From positions 112,148 to 132,147 of the IMG/VR virus record IMGVR_UViG_3300042569_002050: 20,000 nucleotides of DNA; one strand, given 5' to 3'. Under the pieces are notes generated by a model that saw only the letters and a program-made list of their open reading frames with translations, made no database searches and was not told where the DNA came from. Shown here piece after piece: positions 5,532-13,908 of this stretch. A program made the position numbers and the translations under genes. The first letter of the stretch is position 1. Every line of letters begins with the position of its first letter. The DNA comes from an uncultured virus (IMG/VR IMGVR_UViG_3300042569_002050) (lineage: Duplodnaviria; Heunggongvirae; Uroviricota; Caudoviricetes).

Positions 5532-6318
5532 CGGATATTACGATAATGATAATTTCGATGCTGCTAAGTTTTTAGATGAACAGATGGGTCCTGCTTTAAC
5601 TAAGAAAGGAAACGTACGTAAACGTAAACCAAAGCAACCTAGAATATATTTTACAGAGGATACAGAAAATGCGATTGTTGAATACTTATCACATACTGAT
5701 CAAGATATTCGTAATAAAATATATAATACCCGTATTGCATATGGTTTTTATAAATTAGCAGAAAATATTATCCATACATTTAAGTTTTATTATACTGATA
5801 TGGATACGATTGAAGATCTAAAACATGAAGTAGTAGCATTTCTTCTTGAGAAACTCCACCTATATAACCAAGATAAAGGTAAAGCATATTCATATTTCGG
5901 TACTATTGCTAAACGTTATTTAATAGTTTACAACCAGAACAACTATAAGAAACTACAAGAAAAAGTAAATATGGACGAAGTAAACGATGAAAATGATATG
6001 TTCGTCGATAATAACATAGGTTTAGATGAGGAGAAGAATGAGCTTAATATGTTTTTAGATCAATATGTTGCTTACATTGATAAGCACATTTATACTATAT
6101 TTCCTAAACAACACGATGCACGAACAGCGGATGCTATTATTGAATTATTCCGTAAGAGAGAAAATTTAGAAATATTCAATAAAAAAGCATTATACATTTA
6201 TATTCGTGAAATTACAGATGTTGATACACCTCAAATTACTAAGATCATTAAAAAATTAGATACAATACGTCTTAAATTATTTAGTGAATTTTATGAACAT
6301 GGATATATCAAAATGTAA
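5524..6318 (+). CDS. Phage RNA polymerase sigma factor (sigma70 region 2, T4 gp55-like; probable late sigma)
   Basis: YKLAENII...EDLKHEVVAFLLEKLHLYNQDKGKAYSYFGTIAKRYLI resembles sigma region 2.2-2.4; lies just upstream of the structural module. Confidence 0.7.
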   Translation: MYNGYYDNDNFDAAKFLDEQMGPALTKKGNVRKRKPKQPRIYFTEDTENAIVEYLSHTDQDIRNKIYNTRIAYGFYKLAENIIHTFKFYYTDMDTIEDLKHEVVAFLLEKLHLYNQDKGKAYSYFGTIAKRYLIVYNQNNYKKLQEKVNMDEVNDENDMFVDNNIGLDEEKNELNMFLDQYVAYIDKHIYTIFPKQHDARTADAIIELFRKRENLEIFNKKALYIYIREITDVDTPQITKIIKKLDTIRLKLFSEFYEHGYIKM

Positions 6319-6332
6319 CCTTTATTTTTTTC

Positions 6333-6341
6333 ATATTTATA
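6333..6341 (+). promoter_or_regulatory. Putative late promoter ATATTTATA
   Basis: Intergenic, starting 30 nt before ATG 6363. Confidence 0.55.
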
Positions 6342-6362
6342 CGTAAATAACACATAAATATC

Positions 6363-6758
6363 ATGGAAAATTTCAACCAAGTCATATTTGGTAAAAAAAC
6401 TTTCTCGGATTTATTGCAGGATATATATAAGACTACGAAAAAAACTGAGGATAGAATCGAAGAGCTAATCATGGCTCTTAAACCATTCATCAATACTCCA
6501 GCAGATGCTGTGATGATTGTTCCACTTATTAAGGAATATCTGGACGTTCAGGTAAAAAATAATGATCATTTAGTAAGAATGGCATCTGTTGTTCAGAGAG
6601 CCATGACTAACAGCGCTTCTGCTGGTAGTAGTGACTTATTAATTTCTGAAGAAGAAAAAGAACAATTATTACTTGAAGTTAAGAAAATGGGGGATGAAAC
6701 AAAACAATTAGAACATATTGATACTAATGCTACTAAAATATTAGAAAATGGCAATTAA
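6363..6758 (+). CDS. Hypothetical helical protein (131 aa)
   Basis: ORF track; first gene of the late operon. Confidence 0.8.
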   Translation: MENFNQVIFGKKTFSDLLQDIYKTTKKTEDRIEELIMALKPFINTPADAVMIVPLIKEYLDVQVKNNDHLVRMASVVQRAMTNSASAGSSDLLISEEEKEQLLLEVKKMGDETKQLEHIDTNATKILENGN

Positions 6759-7932
6759 GTATGGTTTATCATCTATAACAAAATCACCTACAACATCATC
6801 ATCTTCTCCCTTTAAATTTAAGGTTGGGAAGGTGTTTGCTACTGTTATGGATGAAAAAACTCCTTCTAAAAAGGTTTTTGATGAATGTGGGGGTTGGCAG
6901 GGAATAGGTACTGTTTTATTTAAACCTTATAATAGTAGTAGGAACGAAGATAATTATATTGAAAACCAAACAAGCAAAACTGTATTAGGTTATTCAAAAG
7001 CTAAACCTCTTTTTCCAAATCAAAAATATTATCCTTTAAAAGGAGAATTAATCTTAATATTTTCTTTACCTTCAATAAACACACAAACAACAGATTCAAG
7101 TTCAACTCCATCATATTATTATATTACAAATATAAATTTATGGGGTAATAATCATCAAAATGCTCAAACAGCAGATCCAGAAGCTCCTTTAGGTTTAGGT
7201 TTTGAGGAAAATCAATCTATTGAATCAATTTTACCTTTTGAAGGTGATTATATACTTGAGGGAAGATTTGGAAATACTTTAAGATTTGGTTCTACGAATA
7301 AAATTAATACAGGAGAAAATTTTTGGAGTGATAGTGGAAAAAATGGTGATCCTATTACTATTTTAGCTAATGGTCATAGTTTTGGCAGTGGTACGTTATA
7401 TGTTGAAGATATTAATAAAGATGCTTCTGCTTTGTATTTAACATCTACTCAAAAGGTTCCATTAGAGGTATCTAAGACAAAATTAAATCCTCTTTCTACA
7501 ACGACCCTACCAAACAAATATTTAGAAGGTTCTCAAGCAATTCTAACATCTGATAGAGTTATTATAAATTCTAAAAAAGAAAATGTTTTAGTATTTGCTC
7601 AAAATAATATTGAATTATATACAAAAAATACTATTAGTTTAGATGCTGATGATAAATTTGTAATTAATTCACCTACTATTTTATTAGGATTAAATGGTAG
7701 CTCAGTCCCTGAAGAACCAGTACTATTAGGTAATGAAACTATTAAATTATTAAACTCATTACTTACAAGTTTATCTTCATTTAGTACTATATGCTCTTCA
7801 GCATTAAATGGATCTAAAGGTAGTCCTATAACTCAACTTAATACTGCCGCCAGAGGGTTAAAAGAATCAGTAGATAATTTAATCCCTAAATTAGAAAAAA
7901 TTAAATCACAGAAAGTAAGAGTAGCAAAATAA
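6748..7932 (+). CDS. Baseplate hub/central spike protein (gp5/GpV-like)
   Basis: N-terminal OB-like region (YYPLKGELILI), GDYILEGRFGNTLRFG, C-terminal beta-strand repeats and EPVLLG; position upstream of gp25/gp6. Confidence 0.6.
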   Translation: MAIKYGLSSITKSPTTSSSSPFKFKVGKVFATVMDEKTPSKKVFDECGGWQGIGTVLFKPYNSSRNEDNYIENQTSKTVLGYSKAKPLFPNQKYYPLKGELILIFSLPSINTQTTDSSSTPSYYYITNINLWGNNHQNAQTADPEAPLGLGFEENQSIESILPFEGDYILEGRFGNTLRFGSTNKINTGENFWSDSGKNGDPITILANGHSFGSGTLYVEDINKDASALYLTSTQKVPLEVSKTKLNPLSTTTLPNKYLEGSQAILTSDRVIINSKKENVLVFAQNNIELYTKNTISLDADDKFVINSPTILLGLNGSSVPEEPVLLGNETIKLLNSLLTSLSSFSTICSSALNGSKGSPITQLNTAARGLKESVDNLIPKLEKIKSQKVRVAK

Positions 7933-9215
7933 TGTCTAATACAATCAACATATCAGGGTTAGCATCTAATGCATCAGCCGCTAAAAATAAATTAGAATCT
8001 CTTAAAAATATAAATGTAGAGAAATTAGCAAAAGATAAGCTAAAACAACTAACAACAAGCCCTATTCAACGTATTTTAAACGATATTGAAGAAGCTAAAA
8101 GTAAAGTTGAAACTTTAAAAACAGATACTTTTGGTAAATTTGCAGATTTAGATAAACGTATTGAGAATAAGTCAATTACTAGGGAAGAGGCTGATAGGAT
8201 TAAGCAAATTGTACAAGGTAATTTTGATAAGGAACAAGAAGAATTACAAGATTTTATAGCTGATAAAACAGAGGATTATCAAAAATTAATTAGTAATAGT
8301 AAAGAAGCAATTAATGCTAAATTAAAATTAGCAGATGAAAAAATTAAAGGTATTTTAAGGAAAAGTCATAAAAGAGTTAAAGGCAAAAATGCTAAAATAA
8401 TAAAAGATTTATTAAGAGGAGCATTAAATGCCGCTAAAAAGAATCCTGTTCCTATAATCATGGCTTCTTTAACTATAACTTGTCAACTAGTTTCAGTAAG
8501 AAATAAAAGAATTGAAGAATTAGTTGATAATGTTAATAGTGTTATTGATAATATTCAATCTAAAGAAGACGTTAAAAAAGCAACTTTATTAAGAAATAAT
8601 GCTATTAGAATTATAAATGAAAATGAAGCTAAAATTAATTCAATAAAGAGTATTTTAGAAAGAATTTCACTTATATTATCTATATTAGATATCATATTAG
8701 TATTAGCTGATGTACTTTTACCATTACCAACACCCCCAGGACCTTTACCTGATATTGTAACCCCAGCTAAAGAAAAATTTAGAAAAAAATATGAATTAGC
8801 TGTTGAAATATTAACTGGGTTATTAGCTGCTATTTCTATTATAAGATTATTATTAGACAGAATTATTGAAGAATTAGAAGAACAAAAAGAAAGACTTAAA
8901 GAAATTGATAAATTTTTTGACGAGCCTTCAAATCTATCGGCATTTGATAGAACTGATTTAGATGCAGTTTTACAAACATTATCACCATCAGGAAACTTAG
9001 GTACTATAGATTCGGGTTATAAAGGATTTACATTTGCTATAAAAGAAGAAAACGATTCAAGATTCGTCGTGGCTGGAAATTCTCGTCGTTATGCGGTTGC
9101 TTTAAATCGAGATAAGAATGAAGTATTACAATCTCAACGTTCTTTTACACTAGACCCTGACATTCTTATTGAAGAACTTAAATTAATCATAGATCAACAA
9201 AATCTTAAAGCTTAA
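7932..9215 (+). CDS. Coiled-coil protein with hydrophobic hairpin (427 aa), probably virion-associated
   Basis: K/E-rich helices; ISLILSILDIILVLADVLLPLPTPPGP and ILTGLLAAISIIRLLL; TAATG coupling. Confidence 0.7.
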   Translation: MSNTINISGLASNASAAKNKLESLKNINVEKLAKDKLKQLTTSPIQRILNDIEEAKSKVETLKTDTFGKFADLDKRIENKSITREEADRIKQIVQGNFDKEQEELQDFIADKTEDYQKLISNSKEAINAKLKLADEKIKGILRKSHKRVKGKNAKIIKDLLRGALNAAKKNPVPIIMASLTITCQLVSVRNKRIEELVDNVNSVIDNIQSKEDVKKATLLRNNAIRIINENEAKINSIKSILERISLILSILDIILVLADVLLPLPTPPGPLPDIVTPAKEKFRKKYELAVEILTGLLAAISIIRLLLDRIIEELEEQKERLKEIDKFFDEPSNLSAFDRTDLDAVLQTLSPSGNLGTIDSGYKGFTFAIKEENDSRFVVAGNSRRYAVALNRDKNEVLQSQRSFTLDPDILIEELKLIIDQQNLKA

Positions 9216-9223
9216 TATTTATT
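9215..9223 (+). promoter_or_regulatory. Putative late promoter ATATTTATT
   Basis: Fills the short gap before ATG 9227. Confidence 0.4.
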
Positions 9224-9226
9224 ATT

Positions 9227-9583
9227 ATGGATGCTAAACAATTCAAATCAGTTATTAAAGAAGCAGTTCGCGAAGCAGTTCGTGAAGAAATTGGCTTAAT
9301 GTTATTGGAACAATTAAAAAGTGGAAATGCTGTACAAAGTAAACCACTTACTGAAAATCGTTCATTATCATTTGATAGTGGGGATGTTCATAGTGTTGGA
9401 ATGAGATCACAAGTTGGTAACAAAATGGCAGAAATGTTCGGAATGCCAGCAGGTGCTAAACCTCAATCAAAAAACCTACAAGTAGATCCAAATAGTGATA
9501 ACCCATTTGCTGCTTTTATTAATGATACTGCTAATAACCTTAGTCCTCAAGAAATGAGACAAATGTTACAATCACAAGGATAA
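9227..9583 (+). CDS. Hypothetical protein (118 aa)
   Basis: N-terminal MDAKQFKSVIKEAVREAVREEI helix. Confidence 0.75.
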   Translation: MDAKQFKSVIKEAVREAVREEIGLMLLEQLKSGNAVQSKPLTENRSLSFDSGDVHSVGMRSQVGNKMAEMFGMPAGAKPQSKNLQVDPNSDNPFAAFINDTANNLSPQEMRQMLQSQG

Positions 9584-9993
9584 TGCCTACACCAAGAATA
9601 TATCGTGTTGATCCTAGAGATTTGCAAAAAAATATTGCAATTGGTCTTAGTATTCCTTTTAATAAGTTCTCTGCTTTTAAAAGCACGTATAGTACTAAAG
9701 AACAGGTAAAATATAATTTAATTAATCTTTTATTAACTAATAAAGGTGAAAGAGTTGAAAATCCTGAATTTGGTTGTGATATTAAAAAGTCTATATTTGA
9801 TTTTATCAACACGGATAATATTAATAAAATTAATAATAACATAAGGGTTGGTGTACAAACATTTATACCTGAAATAAATTTAGAAAACGTAATCATTACC
9901 CCTGAACCAGATCAAAACTATGTAAATGTAAAAGTTGAATATAGTATGAGAATATCAGGAGAAGCGGATGAAATACAAATTAACTTTGAATAA
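9583..9993 (+). CDS. Baseplate wedge subunit, GPW/gp25 family
   Basis: QVKYNLINLLLTNKGERVENPEFGCDI signature; about 136 aa; precedes the gp6-like gene. Confidence 0.9.
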   Translation: MPTPRIYRVDPRDLQKNIAIGLSIPFNKFSAFKSTYSTKEQVKYNLINLLLTNKGERVENPEFGCDIKKSIFDFINTDNINKINNNIRVGVQTFIPEINLENVIITPEPDQNYVNVKVEYSMRISGEADEIQINFE

Positions 9994-11822
9994 TGTCTGA
10001 AACAAAAAACATATCGTATTTAAACAAAAGTTTTAGTGATTTTAAATCAACTTTGATTAATCATGCTAAGACTTATTTCCCTACAGTACATAATGATTTT
10101 TCAGATGCATCACCAGGAATGATGTTTATTGAAATGGCTTCTTATGTAGGAGACGTTTTATCTTTTTATCTAGACACTCAATTCCAAGAAAATTTACTCT
10201 TATACACAAAAGAAAAAAGCAATGCTTTATCTTTAGCTTATGCTTTGGGGTATAGACCTAAAATGTCATATGCTTCATATGTTGATTTACAAATGTCTCA
10301 AAGAGTACCTTTGATTACAAATTTATTAAACAATACACAAATTCCAGATAGTAATTATTATATGATAATTCCTGAGAATAGTGTTGTTGAAAGTATAAAT
10401 GGTGTAAAATTTTTAACTACTGAATTGGTTGATTTTTCTAAAGAAGAAAATAGAACTATATTCTTTGAAAACACAGGATTTGCTAGAGTTACAAAAACCG
10501 TAAAAGCAATCTCAGCAGAAATTAAAACAACTACTGTTGATTTTGGACAAACCCCACAAAAATTCACAAGTACTACTATATCTGATAATCGAATATTAAA
10601 TATATTACAAGTAACCGATAGTACAAATGGAATTTGGTATGAAGTACCATATTTAGCGCAACAAGGTATCCCACAAAGAGCAACAAACCCAACTTATAAT
10701 ACAGATTCTATTCCGTATTTATTAAGTTATATAGAATCACCTAAAAGATTTGTTACTAGATTTAAAGAAAATGGCGATTTAGAATTACAATTTGGAGCAG
10801 GTATTAATTCATCTTCAGATTCTTCTATATTACCTAATCCAAATAATTTAAGTATTGGTATAGATGCTAACGTATATGACCCAGCTAATTCATTTAATAA
10901 AGCAACCGTAGTAACTACTAGAGAATATGGATTAGCACCAACAGGTGTTTTAACTATAAAATATCTTGTAGGTGGTGGTGTTGCTTCTAATATTTCATCT
11001 AATGAAATCGTAAATAGAAAGTTTAATTTAGCTGATATTACTTTTAATGGTAATGTAACATCTCCACAAAACACTGATATTTTTAATAGTATGATTATAA
11101 CTAATCCTGAACCTGCGGTTGGGGGTAGAGATGAAGATACTGTTGAAGAAATTAGACAAAATACCCTTTATTCATTCTCTTCTCAAAATAGAGTAGTAAC
11201 TAAAGAAGATTACATTAATAGAGTACTTAGCATGCCTAGTCATTTTGGTTCTGTAGCTAAAGTATATGCAATTAATGATTTTGCTCTATCTCAAAATTCA
11301 GGAAATGATCGTTTATTAGATAATAACCCACTATCTATTAGTTTATATACTTTAGGATATAACGCTAATAAACAATTAATCATGCCATCTTCTGTATTAA
11401 AAAATAACATTAAAAATTATTTATCACAGTATAGAATGGCCACTGATGCTATTAATATTAAAAATGCTTATTATCTTAATATAGGTATTAATTTTGATAT
11501 TTCTGTTTTACCAACGTTTAATAATAAAGAAGTATTAAGTAATTGTATAAAAGCATTAAAAGATAAATTTAGCATTGAAAATATGCAAATAAATAAACCA
11601 TTAGTTATATCTGATGTAAATTCAACTTTATTACAAGTTAGAGGAGTTCAATCAATATCTAAGGTTGAAATTGTAAATAAATCTGGAGGTAATTATTCTC
11701 CATATAGCTATGATATTAATGGTGCTATTAGAAATAATATATTGTATCCTTCATTAGACCCATCTATATTTGAAATCAGATTCCCAGATATAGATATACA
11801 AGGAAGAATTGTAACTTTATAA
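9993..11822 (+). CDS. Baseplate wedge subunit, T4 gp6/baseplate J-like
   Basis: DFSDASPGMMFIEMASYVGDVLSFYLD, LQFGAG and GGRDEDTVEEIR...QNRVVTKEDY signatures. Confidence 0.9.
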   Translation: MSETKNISYLNKSFSDFKSTLINHAKTYFPTVHNDFSDASPGMMFIEMASYVGDVLSFYLDTQFQENLLLYTKEKSNALSLAYALGYRPKMSYASYVDLQMSQRVPLITNLLNNTQIPDSNYYMIIPENSVVESINGVKFLTTELVDFSKEENRTIFFENTGFARVTKTVKAISAEIKTTTVDFGQTPQKFTSTTISDNRILNILQVTDSTNGIWYEVPYLAQQGIPQRATNPTYNTDSIPYLLSYIESPKRFVTRFKENGDLELQFGAGINSSSDSSILPNPNNLSIGIDANVYDPANSFNKATVVTTREYGLAPTGVLTIKYLVGGGVASNISSNEIVNRKFNLADITFNGNVTSPQNTDIFNSMIITNPEPAVGGRDEDTVEEIRQNTLYSFSSQNRVVTKEDYINRVLSMPSHFGSVAKVYAINDFALSQNSGNDRLLDNNPLSISLYTLGYNANKQLIMPSSVLKNNIKNYLSQYRMATDAINIKNAYYLNIGINFDISVLPTFNNKEVLSNCIKALKDKFSIENMQINKPLVISDVNSTLLQVRGVQSISKVEIVNKSGGNYSPYSYDINGAIRNNILYPSLDPSIFEIRFPDIDIQGRIVTL

Positions 11823-11834
11823 ATTAAATAAAAT

Positions 11835-12434
11835 ATGAACCTAGAAAAATTAAAAGGACACATTCCCGAGGCGGTCATAGCCCAAATTCCAGGAGTTATG
11901 GAAAAATTCCAAATAAATACTCCATTAAGATTAGCTCATTTCTTAGCACAATGTGGTCATGAATCAGGTGGATTTAGACTAACAAAAGAAAATTTGAATT
12001 ACAGTGCTAAAGGATTAACAAACACATTTAGAAAATATTTTCCAACAGAAGCATCAGCTGCGGCATATGCTAGAAAACCTGAAAAAATTGCTAACAAGGT
12101 TTACGGTAATAGAATGGGTAATGGACCTGAATCTTCTGGTGATGGTGCTAAATTCTGTGGCCGTGGTTATATTCAATTAACAGGAAAAGACAATTATACT
12201 GCATTTGGTAAATCTATTAATGAAGACTTAATATCAGACCCAACAGTAGTAGCAGGAAAATATGCTTTACTATCAGCTGCATGGTTCTTCAGTAAAAATG
12301 GTTTACATAAATTAGCAGATGGTGGTGCAACTGATGCAGTTGTTACACAAATCACTAAGCGTGTTAACGGTGGAACTATTGGATTAGCAGATAGAATTAA
12401 ACACTTTAAAGAATATCATGCATTATTAGCATAA
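11835..12434 (+). CDS. Glycoside hydrolase family 19 endolysin
   Basis: RLAHFLAQCGHESGGF, ENLNYS, GRGYIQLTGKDNY, SAAWFF, ITKRVNGGTIGLADR. Confidence 0.93.
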   Translation: MNLEKLKGHIPEAVIAQIPGVMEKFQINTPLRLAHFLAQCGHESGGFRLTKENLNYSAKGLTNTFRKYFPTEASAAAYARKPEKIANKVYGNRMGNGPESSGDGAKFCGRGYIQLTGKDNYTAFGKSINEDLISDPTVVAGKYALLSAAWFFSKNGLHKLADGGATDAVVTQITKRVNGGTIGLADRIKHFKEYHALLA

Positions 12435-12461
12435 TATTTTAAATAACACATAATTAAATAG

Positions 12462-12509
12462 GAGTTTCCGGTTGCTATATTTATATGTAGCATAACCGGA
12501 AACTCTTTT
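12462..12509 (+). terminator. Long hairpin with T-tail enclosing a late-promoter motif
   Basis: GAGTTTCCGGTT (12462-12473) / AACCGGAAACTC (12494-12505) perfect 12 bp, an inner GCTATAT/ATGTAGC stem, then TTTT; ATATTTATA at 12477-12485. Confidence 0.7.
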
Positions 12510-12511
12510 AC

Positions 12512-13579
12512 ATGGCCGTATATAAATTATTCCCTGAAAAGGACGCAACAATTTTCTCATATTACCCTGCAGTTAATACAGGGATAGACGAGATTCTAGA
12601 AATTAGCACATTTGAAAGTGCATTCACAAATACAAGAGAATCTTCTAGAGCTCTTATTAAATTTTCAACAAGTGAAATAAGTGATATTATTTCAAATAAA
12701 GTGTCTGGAAGTAATTACAAAGCATATCTAAAACTATATTTAGCAAATGCTTCTGAAATCCCAGCAGATTATAGAATAATGTGTCACCCTATTTCAGGAT
12801 CTTGGGATGTTGGTACAGGTCGTTTAGCAAATTCTCCATCTACAACAGATGGTGTAAGTTGGAGTAATAAAACTGTAGTAAACACTTGGATAAGTGGAGG
12901 TGGTGATTGGCATACAACCCCAACATCTTCTCAATCATTTACTAATAGTGATGAAAAAGACATTGAAATAGATGTTACATCAACTGTAGCTGCGTTTTAT
13001 GCTTATGAAACAAATCCATTTGCTTCTGTAAAAATACAAAATGAGGGTTTTATATTAAAACATTCAAGTAGTATAGAATTTTCAACAGGAAGTTCACCAT
13101 TCGAGTTAAAATATTTTTCATCAGATACTCATACTATTTATCCTCCTTGTTTGGAAATTAGATGGAATGATAGTACATTCGTTACTGGTAGTTTAACTGT
13201 AACTAATAATCATAAAGCTGTTGTTTCTTTAAAGAATAACAAATCTGAATTTCAACAAGATTCGGTTAATAAATTTAGATTAGGAGTTAGAGATCAATAT
13301 CCACCAAGAACATTTAATACTAACCAATTGTATATAACTGGGTCTAAGTTATTACCTAGTTCATCATATTGGGCTATTAAAGATTTAGATACAGATGAAT
13401 GGGTAGTTGATTTTGATACTAATTATACTAAAATAAGTGCTGATCCTACTTCAAGTTTCTTTACAGTTCATATGAATGGATTACAACCTGAAAGGTTCTA
13501 CAAGATTTTGATTAAATCAGTAATTGATGGTTCAACTATTGTATTTGATGAAGATTATATTTTTAAAGTAATTAGATAA
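12512..13579 (+). CDS. Virion structural protein with DNRLRE-like domain (355 aa)
   Basis: KDATI...NTG...RALIKF...AYLKLY...FSSD...PCLEIRW pattern; structural context. Confidence 0.55.
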   Translation: MAVYKLFPEKDATIFSYYPAVNTGIDEILEISTFESAFTNTRESSRALIKFSTSEISDIISNKVSGSNYKAYLKLYLANASEIPADYRIMCHPISGSWDVGTGRLANSPSTTDGVSWSNKTVVNTWISGGGDWHTTPTSSQSFTNSDEKDIEIDVTSTVAAFYAYETNPFASVKIQNEGFILKHSSSIEFSTGSSPFELKYFSSDTHTIYPPCLEIRWNDSTFVTGSLTVTNNHKAVVSLKNNKSEFQQDSVNKFRLGVRDQYPPRTFNTNQLYITGSKLLPSSSYWAIKDLDTDEWVVDFDTNYTKISADPTSSFFTVHMNGLQPERFYKILIKSVIDGSTIVFDEDYIFKVIR

Positions 13580-13908
13580 TGGCTAATATAAAAGTTGATA
13601 AAACTATTTTAGGAAGGAATGAAAGTGTATTAGACACAAATTTTAGTTTTTTTTCTAGAATTAATGCGACTCCTGATTTTAATATTGAAGATTTTTTTCA
13701 ATTGTATGAGGAGTTATTTTATCAAATTCCTAAAGAAGATGAAGTTGAATCTCATAGATATATTTTAAATAAAGAAGCCGAATATTTGGGAGTTAAATTA
13801 GCTGATGATTTAGATATTCAAGCATTGCTTGATGAAATTACTTCTTTAAGACAACAACTTTTAGAAGCAAAAACAATTATTACGGATTACACAAATAATA
13901 AAAAATAA
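13579..13908 (+). CDS. Hypothetical protein, C-terminal coiled coil (109 aa)
   Basis: TAATG-coupled on both sides. Confidence 0.75.
   Translation: MANIKVDKTILGRNESVLDTNFSFFSRINATPDFNIEDFFQLYEELFYQIPKEDEVESHRYILNKEAEYLGVKLADDLDIQALLDEITSLRQQLLEAKTIITDYTNNKK

Noticed and set aside
6363..6758. Terminase small subunit call
   Set aside because: Size and helicity fit, but there is no diagnostic motif and no large subunit nearby.
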